In this document: positions 37,977 to 50,609 of the stretch, one piece after another
Position numbering within the stretch: position 1 is the stretch's first letter
Layout: each line of letters starts with the position of its first letter
Notes under the pieces: generated by a model
Seen by the model: the letters and a program-made list of their open reading frames with translations, nothing else
Databases searched by the model: none
Told to the model about the DNA's origin: nothing
Made by a program: the position numbers and the translations under genes
Origin: Deltaproteobacteria bacterium
Lineage (GTDB): Bacteria; Desulfobacterota; Deferrimicrobia; Deferrimicrobiales; Deferrimicrobiaceae
NCBI GenBank assembly: GCA_020346465.1
Contig: CP070783.1
Span: forward strand, 1,666,614 to 1,730,613
Reading direction: 5' to 3'
Length of the DNA: 64,000 nucleotides

Positions 37977-38074
37977 CCTGCAAGCGCCTCGACGGAAGCG
38001 TTCCGGCATGTCAGGGACAAGGAGAGCTCCTTATCAGCAATAGAACCCGGCAAAATCCCAATCCGGTAGCCCGG

Positions 38075-38443
38075 CTACTTGCCTTCCCCCCCCACCTTCC
38101 GGCGGAGCATGCCCACCATCCGGTCGGCGAGGAACGCCTCCATCCCGCTCTTGTAATACTCGTCCTCGAGCCACTCCGCGATGTGCGCGCGGAGTTCCCG
38201 CACGATGTTGAGCTCCCGGTCCAGCACGAAGACGACGATGCACCGGTCGTCCCCGTCGTAGAACCGGAACGCGAAAAGACCGTCCGGAATGGGCTGGAGG
38301 TCGATACCCACCACATCCGCCCCGTGCAGGTCGAGCGCACGCTTGAGTTCGACGGACGTGTAGATCCTGTCCCCGACGGCGACGGAATCCCCTCCGGACC
38401 AGAGCGGGCCACACTCTTTTTCTATCTGCTCTTTTTCGCTCAA
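38075..38443 (-). CDS. Hypothetical acidic protein, 122 aa
   Basis: Compact ORF with protein-like composition; no family recognised. Confidence 0.7.
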   Translation of the reverse strand: MSEKEQIEKECGPLWSGGDSVAVGDRIYTSVELKRALDLHGADVVGIDLQPIPDGLFAFRFYDGDDRCIVVFVLDRELNIVRELRAHIAEWLEDEYYKSGMEAFLADRMVGMLRRKVGGEGK

Positions 38444-38599
38444 GCGCTCCGCATCCTTTCCCCGTGCGCCCCCCGCGTTCCGGGCGGGCGGTCACCGAAT
38501 GTTAATATGTACACTTCGGGTTCCCGCCGTGTCAAGCCAAACCGAAATATCCTTTTGCGACATATGGAAAACCGTTTGGAATTCCAACGGATACTCCCC

Positions 38600-38629
38600 T
38601 TGACACCCTGCCCGGACAACGGATACAAT
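38600..38629 (+). promoter_or_regulatory. Candidate sigma70 promoter for hemL-atp
   Basis: TTGACA-N18-TACAAT ~50 nt upstream of hemL. Confidence 0.7.
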
Positions 38630-38676
38630 TCGCCATCCTTTTCCCGTTCCCGGAAAGGGCAAGGAGGGGAGTCCGG

Positions 38677-39972
38677 ATGAATACGTCGATCTCGAAAAAA
38701 CTGTTCCGGCAGGCGCAGAAAGTGATCCCGGGGGGGGTCAACTCGCCGGTTCGGGCGTTCCGTTCGGTCGGGGGTACACCCCTCTTCGTGGCAAAGGCGA
38801 AGGGGGCCACCGTGACCGACGCGGACGGGAACACCTTCCTCGACTACGTCTCCTCCTGGGGCCCGATGATCCTCGGCCACGCCCACCCGAAGATCGTCTC
38901 CGCAATCCGGAGAGCCGCGGAGCGGGGGACGAGCTACGGCGCGCCCACGGCCGGGGAGATCGCGCTCGCAGGCCTGATCCGCAAGGCCTTTCCCTCGATC
39001 GAGAAGGTCCGGCTCGTCTCCTCGGGGACCGAGGCGGCGATGAGCGCCGTCCGGCTTGCGCGGGGGTTCACGGGGCGGGACAAGATCGTGAAGTTCGAGG
39101 GGTGCTACCACGGCCACGCCGACCCGATGCTGGTCAAGGCGGGCTCGGGAGCGCTCACGTTCGGGCAGCCGGACTCCCCGGGCGTTCCGGCTGACACCGC
39201 GAAGCACACCCTGACCGCCACCTTCAACGACGCCGCCTCGGTGCGGCAGCTCTTCGACAGAAACCGGGGGCAGATCGCCGCCGTGATCGTCGAGCCGATC
39301 CCCGGGAACATGGGGGTGGTACCGCCGACGCCGGGATTTCTGGACGAGCTGCGGGAGATCACCCGCACGGCGGGGACCCTCCTCGTGTTCGACGAGGTGA
39401 TCACCGGCTTCCGGGTCGCCTTCGGCGGCGCGCAGGAGCTGTTCGGGATCGTGCCCGACCTCACCATCCTCGGGAAGATCATCGGGGGGGGGCTGCCCGT
39501 GGGGGCATTCGGAGGGAGACGGGACGTGATGGACGCCCTCTCCCCCGAGGGTCCGGTCTACCAGGCGGGGACCCTTTCGGGGAACCCCCTGGCCGTGGCC
39601 GCCGGGATCGCCGCCCTGACCGAGCTTTCGAAGAGGGGAACCTACCGGAACCTTGCCGAAAAGGCCGACTATCTCGGCGAGGGACTCCAGGGGATCTTCC
39701 GGAAGTCCGGGGGGCCGACCTGGACCAACCGGGTCGGGTCGATGTGGACCACCTTCTTCCAGGAGGGGCCCGTCGTCGACTACGCGACGGCGAAAAAGAG
39801 CGACACGGCCGCCTACGGCAGATATTTCCACGGGATGCTCCGCCGGGGCGTCTACCTCGCCCCCTCGCAGTTCGAGGCGGGGTTCGTCTCCCTGGCGCAC
39901 ACCCGGCGGGACCTCGACAGGACGATCGGGGCGGCGCGGGAGGTCCTTGCCGGGCGGCCCGCCGGCCGGTGA
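38677..39972 (+). CDS. hemL: Glutamate-1-semialdehyde 2,1-aminomutase
   Basis: [53 protein letters not shown]. Confidence 0.96.
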   Translation: MNTSISKKLFRQAQKVIPGGVNSPVRAFRSVGGTPLFVAKAKGATVTDADGNTFLDYVSSWGPMILGHAHPKIVSAIRRAAERGTSYGAPTAGEIALAGLIRKAFPSIEKVRLVSSGTEAAMSAVRLARGFTGRDKIVKFEGCYHGHADPMLVKAGSGALTFGQPDSPGVPADTAKHTLTATFNDAASVRQLFDRNRGQIAAVIVEPIPGNMGVVPPTPGFLDELREITRTAGTLLVFDEVITGFRVAFGGAQELFGIVPDLTILGKIIGGGLPVGAFGGRRDVMDALSPEGPVYQAGTLSGNPLAVAAGIAALTELSKRGTYRNLAEKADYLGEGLQGIFRKSGGPTWTNRVGSMWTTFFQEGPVVDYATAKKSDTAAYGRYFHGMLRRGVYLAPSQFEAGFVSLAHTRRDLDRTIGAAREVLAGRPAGR

Positions 39973-40062
39973 CCCCGCTGCGGGGATCTGCCGGGGACCC
40001 GCGCACGGTTTTCCGGTTGACGGCCGTTCCGGGTTTGTGATAGGTAACTGGGGTTTATCGAC

Positions 40063-40341
40063 GTGACCGACAAACAGGACCGCAGGGCGCTTTTCCGGGA
40101 ACTGGGCAGGTACAGCGCCCTGGGCCTCGAGCTGGCCATCGCGGTCGTGATCGGCCTGGCCATCGGGTATTACCTGGACAAGTGGCTCGGGACCGGTCCC
40201 TGGATGACGGTGATCTGGCTCGCGATCGGGTTCGCGGCGGGAGTGCGAAGCCTCTACCGCGCCGCACTCCGGTCCGGGGAAGATCTGGAAAAGCTGGAAA
40301 AGAAGGACGAAGAGAGGAAGAGGAAGCCCGGTGGAGGGTGA
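40063..40341 (+). CDS. atpZ: AtpZ/AtpI-family protein
   Basis: GLELAIAVVIG..GYYLDKWLGT.PW..GFAAG; upstream of atpB. Confidence 0.8.
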   Translation: MTDKQDRRALFRELGRYSALGLELAIAVVIGLAIGYYLDKWLGTGPWMTVIWLAIGFAAGVRSLYRAALRSGEDLEKLEKKDEERKRKPGGG

Positions 40342-40708
40342 CGGCGCGGGAATCCTCACCTCCCGCTCCCTGGAGAGAAAGATCCTTCTCTGCGCCGGGG
40401 TGATCCTCGCCGGGATCACGATCGTCGGACGGTACGGCATGCTCCCGGGAGCGGCGTGCGGGGCGGCGATCGCCTACGGGAACTTCTACCTGATCCGGAA
40501 GATCCTGGGGAAGGCGTTCTCGGTCGAGGGGGGTGTGGGGAAAGGGTTTGTCGTCCAGTACGTCCTGAAGTTCCTCGCCCTGGTGGCCGTGGTCTACCTC
40601 GTGGTCCGATCGGGACGTTTCGACCTACTGGGGTTCCTGCTCGGCCTGTCGGCGCTGGTGTTCGGCGTCCTGCTCGAGGGGGCCTCCCGGGCCGTGGAGA
40701 CGAAGTAA
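40331..40708 (+). CDS. atpI: ATP synthase subunit I (Fo accessory)
   Basis: Four TM helices, GAAIAYGNF..LK; position before atpB. Confidence 0.75.
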   Translation: MEGDGAGILTSRSLERKILLCAGVILAGITIVGRYGMLPGAACGAAIAYGNFYLIRKILGKAFSVEGGVGKGFVVQYVLKFLALVAVVYLVVRSGRFDLLGFLLGLSALVFGVLLEGASRAVETK

Positions 40709-40729
40709 GGAAAGCGGAGGGTTCGCACG

Positions 40730-41485
40730 ATGCGCAGAAGGGCAGGTGTGCTCCTGGGGGTTCTGCTGTGGCCGGGCACGGCCCTGGCGGCCGGCGGCCA
40801 CAAGGCGTTTTCCTGGTTCGACCGGCTCCCTTTCCACATCCCGCAATACGTCCTTTCCGCGATCATGATCGCGGTCCTGCTCGTCGCCGTCTCCGCCGCC
40901 TCCTTCGGGAGGAAGAAGCCGGCCGACCTGGTCGTCCCCGAGCCGAGGCTCACGCTGCGCAACCTGTTCGAGATCATCCTGTCGTTCCTCGTGAACCTCG
41001 CGGAGGACATCATCGGGCACAAGGCGAAGACGTACATCCCCCTGCTCGCCACCTGCTTCATCTTCATCCTCTGCATGAACCTGCTGGGGCTCATCCCCGG
41101 CTTTCTCCCGCCGACCGACAAGATGAACATCACCGTCGGCCTGGCGGTCGTCATCTTCCTGTCGACGCACTACTACGGGGTGCGGGAGCACGGGATCGCC
41201 TACTTCAAGCACTTTCTGGGGCCGGTCTGGTGGATGGCCCCGATCATGCTGCCGATCGAGATCGTCTCCCACCTCGCCCGGCCGCTCTCCCTGTCGCTCA
41301 GGCTCTTCGGGAACATCACCGGCGACCATCTCGTCGTCGGAATCTTCCTGGGGCTGGTCCCCTTCGTCGTCCCGTCGATCTTCTACGGCCTGGGCGTCTT
41401 CGTCTCGTTCATGCAGGCGTTCATCTTCACGGTGCTCTCCATGATCTACATCTCGGGTGCGGTCGCGCACGAAGAGGAGCATTAA
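40730..41485 (+). CDS. atpB: ATP synthase Fo subunit a
   Basis: NLLGLIPG..PT, IEIVSHLARPLSLSLRLFGNI, QAFIFTVLS.IY. Confidence 0.95.
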   Translation: MRRRAGVLLGVLLWPGTALAAGGHKAFSWFDRLPFHIPQYVLSAIMIAVLLVAVSAASFGRKKPADLVVPEPRLTLRNLFEIILSFLVNLAEDIIGHKAKTYIPLLATCFIFILCMNLLGLIPGFLPPTDKMNITVGLAVVIFLSTHYYGVREHGIAYFKHFLGPVWWMAPIMLPIEIVSHLARPLSLSLRLFGNITGDHLVVGIFLGLVPFVVPSIFYGLGVFVSFMQAFIFTVLSMIYISGAVAHEEEH

Positions 41486-41570
41486 CGGGGTTTTTCCGTC
41501 CGGCATCAACCCCGCCGGGGGGGCGGAACCACCCGGCGGGATCCTATACCATCGCAAAGGGGGGTACCCG

Positions 41571-41900
41571 ATGTTCCGCAAAGTTTCCTTCACTTTTCTG
41601 CTCGCACTGCTCTTCGTAGCAGTGGCCACCGTGGCCTTCGCGCAAGAAGGGGCTGAAGCCGGGATGGGCGACAGCGTCAAGACCTTCATCGCGCTGGCCG
41701 CCGGGTTTGGCATAGCCATCGCATCCTTCGGAGGGGCGCTCGGCCAGGGGAGGGCGATCGCCGCCGGGCTGGAGGGGATTGCCCGCAATCCTTCCGCCCA
41801 GCCCAAGATCTTCATCCCGATGATCGTCGGTCTCGCGCTGATCGAGTCGCTGGTCATCTACGCCCTGGTCATCTCGTTCATCCTCGTCGGGAAGCTGTAG
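41571..41900 (+). CDS. atpE: ATP synthase Fo subunit c with N-terminal extension
   Basis: GGALGQG..IARNP..LALIESLVIY. Confidence 0.95.
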   Translation: MFRKVSFTFLLALLFVAVATVAFAQEGAEAGMGDSVKTFIALAAGFGIAIASFGGALGQGRAIAAGLEGIARNPSAQPKIFIPMIVGLALIESLVIYALVISFILVGKL

Positions 41901-41934
41901 ATCCGGCGCAGCGAGCGGGGCGCAGCGGATTGCG

Positions 41935-41960
41935 AAAAGGGCTCCCTCGGGAGCCCTTTT
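41935..41960 (+). terminator. Intrinsic terminator after atpE
   Basis: AAAAGGGCTCC-CTCG-GGAGCCCTTTT. Confidence 0.85.
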
Positions 41961-42170
41961 CCATTCCTCCCGGGGGTCACCTGCGGAGCATCCGTGGTCG
42001 CACCGTTTGCCTATCTCCCGGGATATTCGCAAATCCGGCCCGAAGGCGCTCGGAGGGTCGCCGAAACACTTTTTTGGGGGCCATTTCCGGTTTGGAAGAG
42101 GGCGGAATGGTTTAGTATGATGATCTTCAAACAATCCGGGAGCGCTGGCTTCCCCGGAAAGGAGCGACCC

Positions 42171-42605
42171 GTGGCGATCCGCGCCAAGAGCTACAAGTAC
42201 GTGACATCCGTCCGGTGGACGGGGGAGAAGAAGGGGATGATGACCATCGCGGGGAAGCCGCCCGTCGAGGTCGCCACGCCGCCCGAGTTCAAGGGACACG
42301 AGGGGATCTGGTCGCCCGAGGACCTCTACGTCGCCTCGGTGAACAGCTGCATCATGACGACCTTCCTGGCGTTCGCCGGACGGGCGGGGATCGCCTTCGA
42401 GGGGTACGAGAGCGAGGCGGAAGGGGTGCTCGAGTTCGTGGACGGAAAGTTCCTGTTCACGACGATCACCGTCCGCCCCCGGATCGTGCTCCGCCCCGGC
42501 GAGGACCGCGCCAGGGCGGAGGAGATCCTCCACAAGGCGGAAGCGCAATGCCTCATCTCGAACTCCATCCGGACCAAGGTGACGCTCGAGCCGGCGTTCG
42601 CGTGA
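42171..42605 (+). CDS. OsmC-family protein
   Basis: WSPEDLYVASVNSCIMTTF..AEAQCLISNSI (two OsmC Cys); GTG start after AAGGAG. Confidence 0.85.
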   Translation: MAIRAKSYKYVTSVRWTGEKKGMMTIAGKPPVEVATPPEFKGHEGIWSPEDLYVASVNSCIMTTFLAFAGRAGIAFEGYESEAEGVLEFVDGKFLFTTITVRPRIVLRPGEDRARAEEILHKAEAQCLISNSIRTKVTLEPAFA

Positions 42606-42698
42606 TTCCGCTGCACCCTTTTCTGTTTCCCCTCGAACCGATGTTTGTATAATATCCACTTGCAACGACTATCCGGAAGCGAAGAGGTGGACTGCCCG

Positions 42699-43256
42699 AT
42701 GAAGATCGACCCGCACCTGTTCTCCGCGAAGTTCCCCGACCAATGCCGTCTCGACCTGTGCCGGAGCCGGTGCTGCCGGTTCGGCGTCTGGGTGGACATC
42801 GAGGAGCAGAAAACGATCCTTGCGAACCAGGAGCTTTTCGTCCCCTATCTTCGCCCGGAGGCCAGGGACCCGGAGACCTGGTTCGGCAAGACGGAAAAGG
42901 ACCCGGACTGCCCGAGCGGTATCGCGGTGGAGACGCAGGAGGTCGCCGGCGCGTGCTCCTTCTACAACCCCCACCACGGATGCGTCCTGCAGAAGGGGGC
43001 TGCGGAGGCGGGCCGCCACGAGTGGGCCATCAAGCCGAGGTTCTGCATCATGTTCCCGCTGGTCGTCTCCGGCGGGGAACTGACGGTCGACGAGGACATG
43101 AAGAGTCTCTGGTGCATGAAGGAGAAGAACCGCACGCGCCCCATCCTCGACGCCGTGCGGAAAGAGGTGGAGTTCCTGTTCGAAGAGGAGGAAGTACGCC
43201 GGCTGAACGCCGAGGAAGAGCCGCTGCCGGCCGTAAAGGCGAGGGCAATCCGGTAG
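42699..43256 (+). CDS. Cys-rich DUF3109/YkgJ-like metal-binding protein
   Basis: C..C...CC..GV, ACSF..GCVLQ..KP..C.MFPL. Confidence 0.7.
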   Translation: MKIDPHLFSAKFPDQCRLDLCRSRCCRFGVWVDIEEQKTILANQELFVPYLRPEARDPETWFGKTEKDPDCPSGIAVETQEVAGACSFYNPHHGCVLQKGAAEAGRHEWAIKPRFCIMFPLVVSGGELTVDEDMKSLWCMKEKNRTRPILDAVRKEVEFLFEEEEVRRLNAEEEPLPAVKARAIR

Positions 43257-43278
43257 GGGCCGTCGGCCTCACCCACCC

Positions 43279-46122
<2,844 letters not shown>

Positions 46123-46127
46123 GGCGG

Positions 46128-47117
46128 CTACCTGCGCGCGGCCATGCCCGCGGCCATGCGGATGGCGGCAAGGAGGCTCCCGGGGCTGGCCGCTCCCTTC
46201 CCCGCGATGTCGTAGGCGGTGCCGTGGTCGACCGAGGTGCGGATGACGGGGAGTCCCATCGTCACGTTGACCCCGTCCTCGAAGTGGACGAGCTTCAGGG
46301 GGATGAGGCCGTGGTCGTGCGTCATCGCAACCACCACGTCGAACTCCCCCTTGTACGCCCGGTGGAAGACGGTGTCGGGGGGCCAGGGGCCCGACGCGTC
46401 CATTCCTTCCCGGCGGCAGGCGGCGACCGCGGGTGCAATCATCCTTTCCTCCTCGTCGCCGAACATCCCCCCCTCGCCCGCATGCGGGTTGACCCCCGCC
46501 ACCGCGATCCGGGGAGCATCCGTTCCCATGTACCTCCGGAAGAAGGCGTCCGTGATCCGGACCGTACGTTCGATGAGCGGGGCGGACAGAAGTTCCAGGG
46601 CCTCCCGCAAGGCGACGTGGATGGTGACCAGCGCGACCCGGAGGCGATCCCCGGCGAGCATCATCGCGACGTCCGCGCCCCCGCACAGATCCGCGAGGAA
46701 CTCGGTGTGCCCGGGAAAGGGGACGCCGGCGATCCGGAGCCCCTCCTTCGCGATCGGGCAGGTGACCACCGCGTCGATGCGGCCCGCGAGCGCGTCCCGG
46801 GCCGCCCCCCGGATGTAGTCCGCCATCGCGCGGGACCCCGGCTCCGAGATCCTGCCGAACGGCGCGTCGCCGGGGGAGAGGGCGGAGAGAGGTCGGACGG
46901 CGATCCGGGCCGGCCCCGGCTCCACCCCTTCGCCTGCGTCGATCGTCGTTCCCAGGACGGCCGCCGCCCGGCGAAGGATCCCCGCGTCCCCGTACACCAC
47001 GGGCCGGCAGACGGAAAAGACCTCCCGGGAACGGTGCGCGAGGACGACGATTTCCGGCCCGATCCCCCCCGGGTCCCCCATCGTGATGCCGATCACAGGC
47101 CGCTTCGCCTTCCCCAA
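46128..47117 (-). CDS. pdxA: 4-hydroxythreonine-4-phosphate dehydrogenase
   Basis: [43 protein letters not shown]. Confidence 0.95.
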   Translation of the reverse strand: MGKAKRPVIGITMGDPGGIGPEIVVLAHRSREVFSVCRPVVYGDAGILRRAAAVLGTTIDAGEGVEPGPARIAVRPLSALSPGDAPFGRISEPGSRAMADYIRGAARDALAGRIDAVVTCPIAKEGLRIAGVPFPGHTEFLADLCGGADVAMMLAGDRLRVALVTIHVALREALELLSAPLIERTVRITDAFFRRYMGTDAPRIAVAGVNPHAGEGGMFGDEEERMIAPAVAACRREGMDASGPWPPDTVFHRAYKGEFDVVVAMTHDHGLIPLKLVHFEDGVNVTMGLPVIRTSVDHGTAYDIAGKGAASPGSLLAAIRMAAGMAARR

Positions 47118-47127
47118 CGCCGTTCCT

Positions 47128-47661
47128 CTACTTCCCCAGGCTCCGGAGGATCCTTTCGATCTGCGGATGGTGCTGCCTCTCGTGCTCCCGGATGATCCGG
47201 TGAGGCCACTCGTAGAGGTTCATGCTCCCGAAGAAGGGGTGGGGAAACTCCGCGCTCCGGGGATCCGCGCCGGCCAGCATCGCCAGGGAGTCCCGGGTCG
47301 CTTCCCGGGTCTGGGCGGCGAGCCGGAGGATCTCCTCCTTCCCGAGGGAACCCTTGGGGCGCGCGACCTCGGGCGCCTCCGTCATCCGTTCGCGGGAGGG
47401 GGCCGTCTCCCGGATTGCGAGGACCGTGTCGTCGGCCGGATAAGGGGGAAGCTTCCCCGTATTTTCCTTCAGCATCTTCCGGATGACCTTGCTCGTCCCC
47501 GTCTCGGCCAGAACGAGGTGCTCGAGGATCCCGGCGATCGACCACTCCCCTTCCTCCCGATGGACGAATTCCGCATCGGAAAGGCCGGCGACCATCCCCA
47601 GGGTAATCCTCCGGTTCTCCTCCATCCCCTCCCAAAGCTCCAGCAGTTTTCGCGGAAGCAC
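47128..47661 (-). CDS. DinB-superfamily protein
   Basis: WSIAGILEHL..E; HPFFG..W..HERQH. Confidence 0.8.
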   Translation of the reverse strand: MLPRKLLELWEGMEENRRITLGMVAGLSDAEFVHREEGEWSIAGILEHLVLAETGTSKVIRKMLKENTGKLPPYPADDTVLAIRETAPSRERMTEAPEVARPKGSLGKEEILRLAAQTREATRDSLAMLAGADPRSAEFPHPFFGSMNLYEWPHRIIREHERQHHPQIERILRSLGK

Positions 47662-47682
47662 TCCCCCTCCTTTGCGTTTCCT

Positions 47683-48660
47683 TTACAGCTGGATGTCGAC
47701 CGTTGCGGCCTTCTTGAGTTCCCCCAGGATGTCGGCGAACGCCTTCTCGCTGCGCCGGTCCGTCAGTTCCTCCTTCAGCGAATCCTTCACCGAGGAAAAC
47801 TCCGGGAGTGTCCCCCCGCGGCGATCCAGCACCTTGACCAGATGGACCCCCTCCTTGACGAAGATGGGGGCGGAGGTTTCCCCCGTCTTCAGGCGGTGGA
47901 CCTCCTTCCCGATTTCCGGGACCAGGTCCTCCTCCTTGACGAAATCGGACGAGATCACATCGACCCCGGGCACGACGGAAGAGAGCATCCCGGACGCCTC
48001 CCCGAGGGTCGTCCCGGACCGGATGGAGTCCGACGCCCGCTGCGCGGCAATGCGGATGCGCACGTCGTTGTCGGTCCCCGCTTCCCCGGCCGGGAACGGG
48101 AGGACGAGGACTTCGAGCCGGACCTCGGCGCCGACCAGGAATCTCTCCTCGTTCTCCCGGAAGTACGCCCGCACCTCCTCCTCCGTGACGGTCACCTCTT
48201 TCAGCTTCTTCGACCGGACGACGGCACCACGCTCGAGCTGCCACCGGATCCGCCTCCGGTAGCCCTCCAGGCTCAGGCCTTCCTGTTCGAGCAGCGCCTG
48301 GAAATCGGCCTCCGACAGGTTGCTGGTCTTCCTCACCGACTCCACGGCCCGGTCCACTTCTTTCTCGCCGACGGACTCGCCGATCCTCTTGAGCTCCTGG
48401 CGGACGAGGACGGTCTCGATCAGCTTCTCGAGACCCGTCAGGATCCTTCCCCTGTCCTTCTCTTCCCGAAGGTAGATGTCGGCGTCCCCCTCCGGGATTC
48501 CCAGGGTTTCCGCGACGGATTCCCGGTACTCGGAGAAGGTGATCGGCTCGTTGTTCACCACCGCGACGACGCCGTCGACGACCCTTGCGCCGGCCGTCGA
48601 CCCCGCCGCGACGAGCAGCAGGACGAGGACCAGCGCCGGAAAGCACTTCCCGGGCCTCAC
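47683..48660 (-). CDS. surA: SurA-like periplasmic chaperone/PPIase
   Basis: Signal peptide; VDGVVAVVNNEPIT; rotamase domain; precedes pdxA. Confidence 0.75.
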   Translation of the reverse strand: MRPGKCFPALVLVLLLVAAGSTAGARVVDGVVAVVNNEPITFSEYRESVAETLGIPEGDADIYLREEKDRGRILTGLEKLIETVLVRQELKRIGESVGEKEVDRAVESVRKTSNLSEADFQALLEQEGLSLEGYRRRIRWQLERGAVVRSKKLKEVTVTEEEVRAYFRENEERFLVGAEVRLEVLVLPFPAGEAGTDNDVRIRIAAQRASDSIRSGTTLGEASGMLSSVVPGVDVISSDFVKEEDLVPEIGKEVHRLKTGETSAPIFVKEGVHLVKVLDRRGGTLPEFSSVKDSLKEELTDRRSEKAFADILGELKKAATVDIQL

Positions 48661-49649
48661 TTCCCCCCTCCCGTCAGTCCTGCGACGATCTCCTCCTGGA
48701 CCTTGACCTGCGCCTTGCCGACCTCCGCATCGAGCCATTTCCGGAACGCCTCTTCCCTGCGCTGGCCGATCAGCTCCCTGCGGATCTCCGGCGCCTTCTC
48801 CCCGTAGGAATACGGACCGCGAGGCGCTTTCCCCACCACGAGGAAGAGGCAGAACGCGCGGTCCCGCCTGATGACGCGGCTCACCCCGCCCGCCGGCAGG
48901 GCGAACAGTTCCCCGGCAACCTCCTCCGGCAGCTCCTCGCGGCCGAGAAACCCGAGGTCGATCGTAAGCGGCGCGCTCTCCGCAGAGGAAAACCGCTTCA
49001 CGACGTCGTCCGGGGAAGCCCCCTCGGCCAGCTCCACCCGCGCCGCGGCGGCCGTCTCCGGGGCATCGAAGAGGAACTGGCGGACCCGGATCCGCTCCGG
49101 CCGCGTGGACTTCCCGTACGTTTCCCGGTACACCTTCTCCACCTCCTCCTCCGTCACCGTGGCGAGCGGTCGGGCGATCGCCTCGGCGGATTTCCGGTAG
49201 AGGATCGATTGCCGAAGGCCCTCCCGCCACTGCTCCGCATCCACCCCCCCCTGGAGGAGCGCCTTTTCCAGCCCTCCCGGAGGGAAGTCGGTCCGGTACC
49301 GCCGGATCTCGTCGTCGACCTCGGCTTGTCCCGCCGAAACACCCAGCCGTTCCCCTTCCCTCAGGACCACGGCCCGTTCGACCAGCTGCCGAAGGGCGCG
49401 GGACACCTCCGTCCGGGTGCCGCTGGTGGCCGGAGCGGAAGGGGTGACCCCCCGGATCCGGGCGATCTCGGTTTTCAAATCTTTGAGCGTGATCCCGGCA
49501 CCGTCGACGGTCGCGACGACGATCTCGGAGTCGTCAGGGGGATCCGGGGTCCTCGCGCAGGAAACGAGGCATGCCGTCACGATCCAGGCGGCCATCATCA
49601 TGCGACTCGCGCGAATCCCGGGGTGCATCATGCGGCAAGAGGCGTTCAA
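48657..49649 (-). CDS. Parvulin-type peptidyl-prolyl isomerase
   Basis: VVATVDG..IT; IDLGFLGREELPEE..GVSRVI; start uncertain. Confidence 0.8.
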   Translation of the reverse strand: MNASCRMMHPGIRASRMMMAAWIVTACLVSCARTPDPPDDSEIVVATVDGAGITLKDLKTEIARIRGVTPSAPATSGTRTEVSRALRQLVERAVVLREGERLGVSAGQAEVDDEIRRYRTDFPPGGLEKALLQGGVDAEQWREGLRQSILYRKSAEAIARPLATVTEEEVEKVYRETYGKSTRPERIRVRQFLFDAPETAAAARVELAEGASPDDVVKRFSSAESAPLTIDLGFLGREELPEEVAGELFALPAGGVSRVIRRDRAFCLFLVVGKAPRGPYSYGEKAPEIRRELIGQRREEAFRKWLDAEVGKAQVKVQEEIVAGLTGGGK

Positions 49650-50560
49650 CGGCCTCCTTGGGGGGTACTCCCTCCGCCCGCCGGGGCCTCACCCCCCTCC
49701 GTTGGCGGGACGGGGGGCCTCCCTTCGCCCGCGGGGGCAGCCTGCAGGCTGATCTTTGCTTGTTTCTTAAGCCCGTTCACCAGGTTATCGAATGCCTCCC
49801 GCTGTGCTTCCTCCCGCAGGCCTTCGGCGATCTTCGCTTTCACCTCCTCGAAGGACGGCAGGCCGGCGGGCCGCTTCTCCAGAACCTGGAGGACGTGATA
49901 GCCGTAGATCGTCTTGACGGGGCCCGCGATCGACCGCTCCGGCGCGTCGAACGCGGCTTTTTCGAAGTCCTTGTCGTACGCTCCCCGCTCGATCAGTCCG
50001 AGGTCCGCCGTCGTCCCGCCGGAAGCCTCGGCTTCTTTCATCAACGTATCGAACGGCTCCCCTTTTTTCGCTCTCCGGGCCGTCTTCCGCGCCTGGTCCT
50101 CGTCCTTGAACAGGATGTGGCGCACCCGGACACGCTCGCCCTCCTCGAAGCTTGCCTTGTTCTCCTCGTAATACTTCCGGACCGCCTCGTCGGACAGGCC
50201 CGGCGCATTCTCCGAAACCTCCCGGAGAAGGGCTTCCAGTAGAATCGCCTTCCGCGCCTGGTCGAGACGGGCGCGCACCTCGTCCCGCCGGTCGAACCCG
50301 CGGCGCAGCGCCTCCCGCAACAGAAGGTCGCGGGTGATCAGGCTTTCCAGAAATTGCCTCCTCCCCTCCGGGGTATCCACGACCGGGCGGATGTACGGCG
50401 GGAGGTTCTCCGCCTCCCTCCGGAAGAGCGATTCGGTGATCCGGTCGCCGTCCACCACCGCGAGAACGGCGTCCCGCTCCTTCTTCTCCCCGCTCCCGCA
50501 GGCGAAAAGGGACGGGACCGCCACGGCCAAGAGAATATAGACCCAGACAATCTTTCGCAT
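49646..50560 (-). CDS. Parvulin-type PPIase lipoprotein (PrsA/PpiC-like)
   Basis: Lipobox LFAC; VRVRHIL, DLGLI, PVKTIYGYHVL. Confidence 0.85.
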   Translation of the reverse strand: MRKIVWVYILLAVAVPSLFACGSGEKKERDAVLAVVDGDRITESLFRREAENLPPYIRPVVDTPEGRRQFLESLITRDLLLREALRRGFDRRDEVRARLDQARKAILLEALLREVSENAPGLSDEAVRKYYEENKASFEEGERVRVRHILFKDEDQARKTARRAKKGEPFDTLMKEAEASGGTTADLGLIERGAYDKDFEKAAFDAPERSIAGPVKTIYGYHVLQVLEKRPAGLPSFEEVKAKIAEGLREEAQREAFDNLVNGLKKQAKISLQAAPAGEGRPPVPPTEGGEAPAGGGSTPQGGR

Positions 50561-50609
50561 CCGGCGGTTCTCCTTCCGGCATGATCGACCGGTCCTGATC
50601 CGGGAAAGG

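Noticed and set aside
41571-41900. Possible Na+-specific c subunit
   Set aside because: Has Q, E, S and Y but ESL instead of EST, so the full Na+ signature is missing; ion specificity cannot be called
40063-41900. Fo genes without atpF/H/A/G/D/C
   Set aside because: A split atp operon is common in deltaproteobacteria
41901-41930. CCGGCGCAGCGAGCGGGGCGC after atpE, similar to repeat block B
   Set aside because: Match too short to call a copy
47683-50560. Three tandem PPIase/SurA-like genes
   Set aside because: Ordinary mfd-PPIase-surA-pdxA neighbourhood
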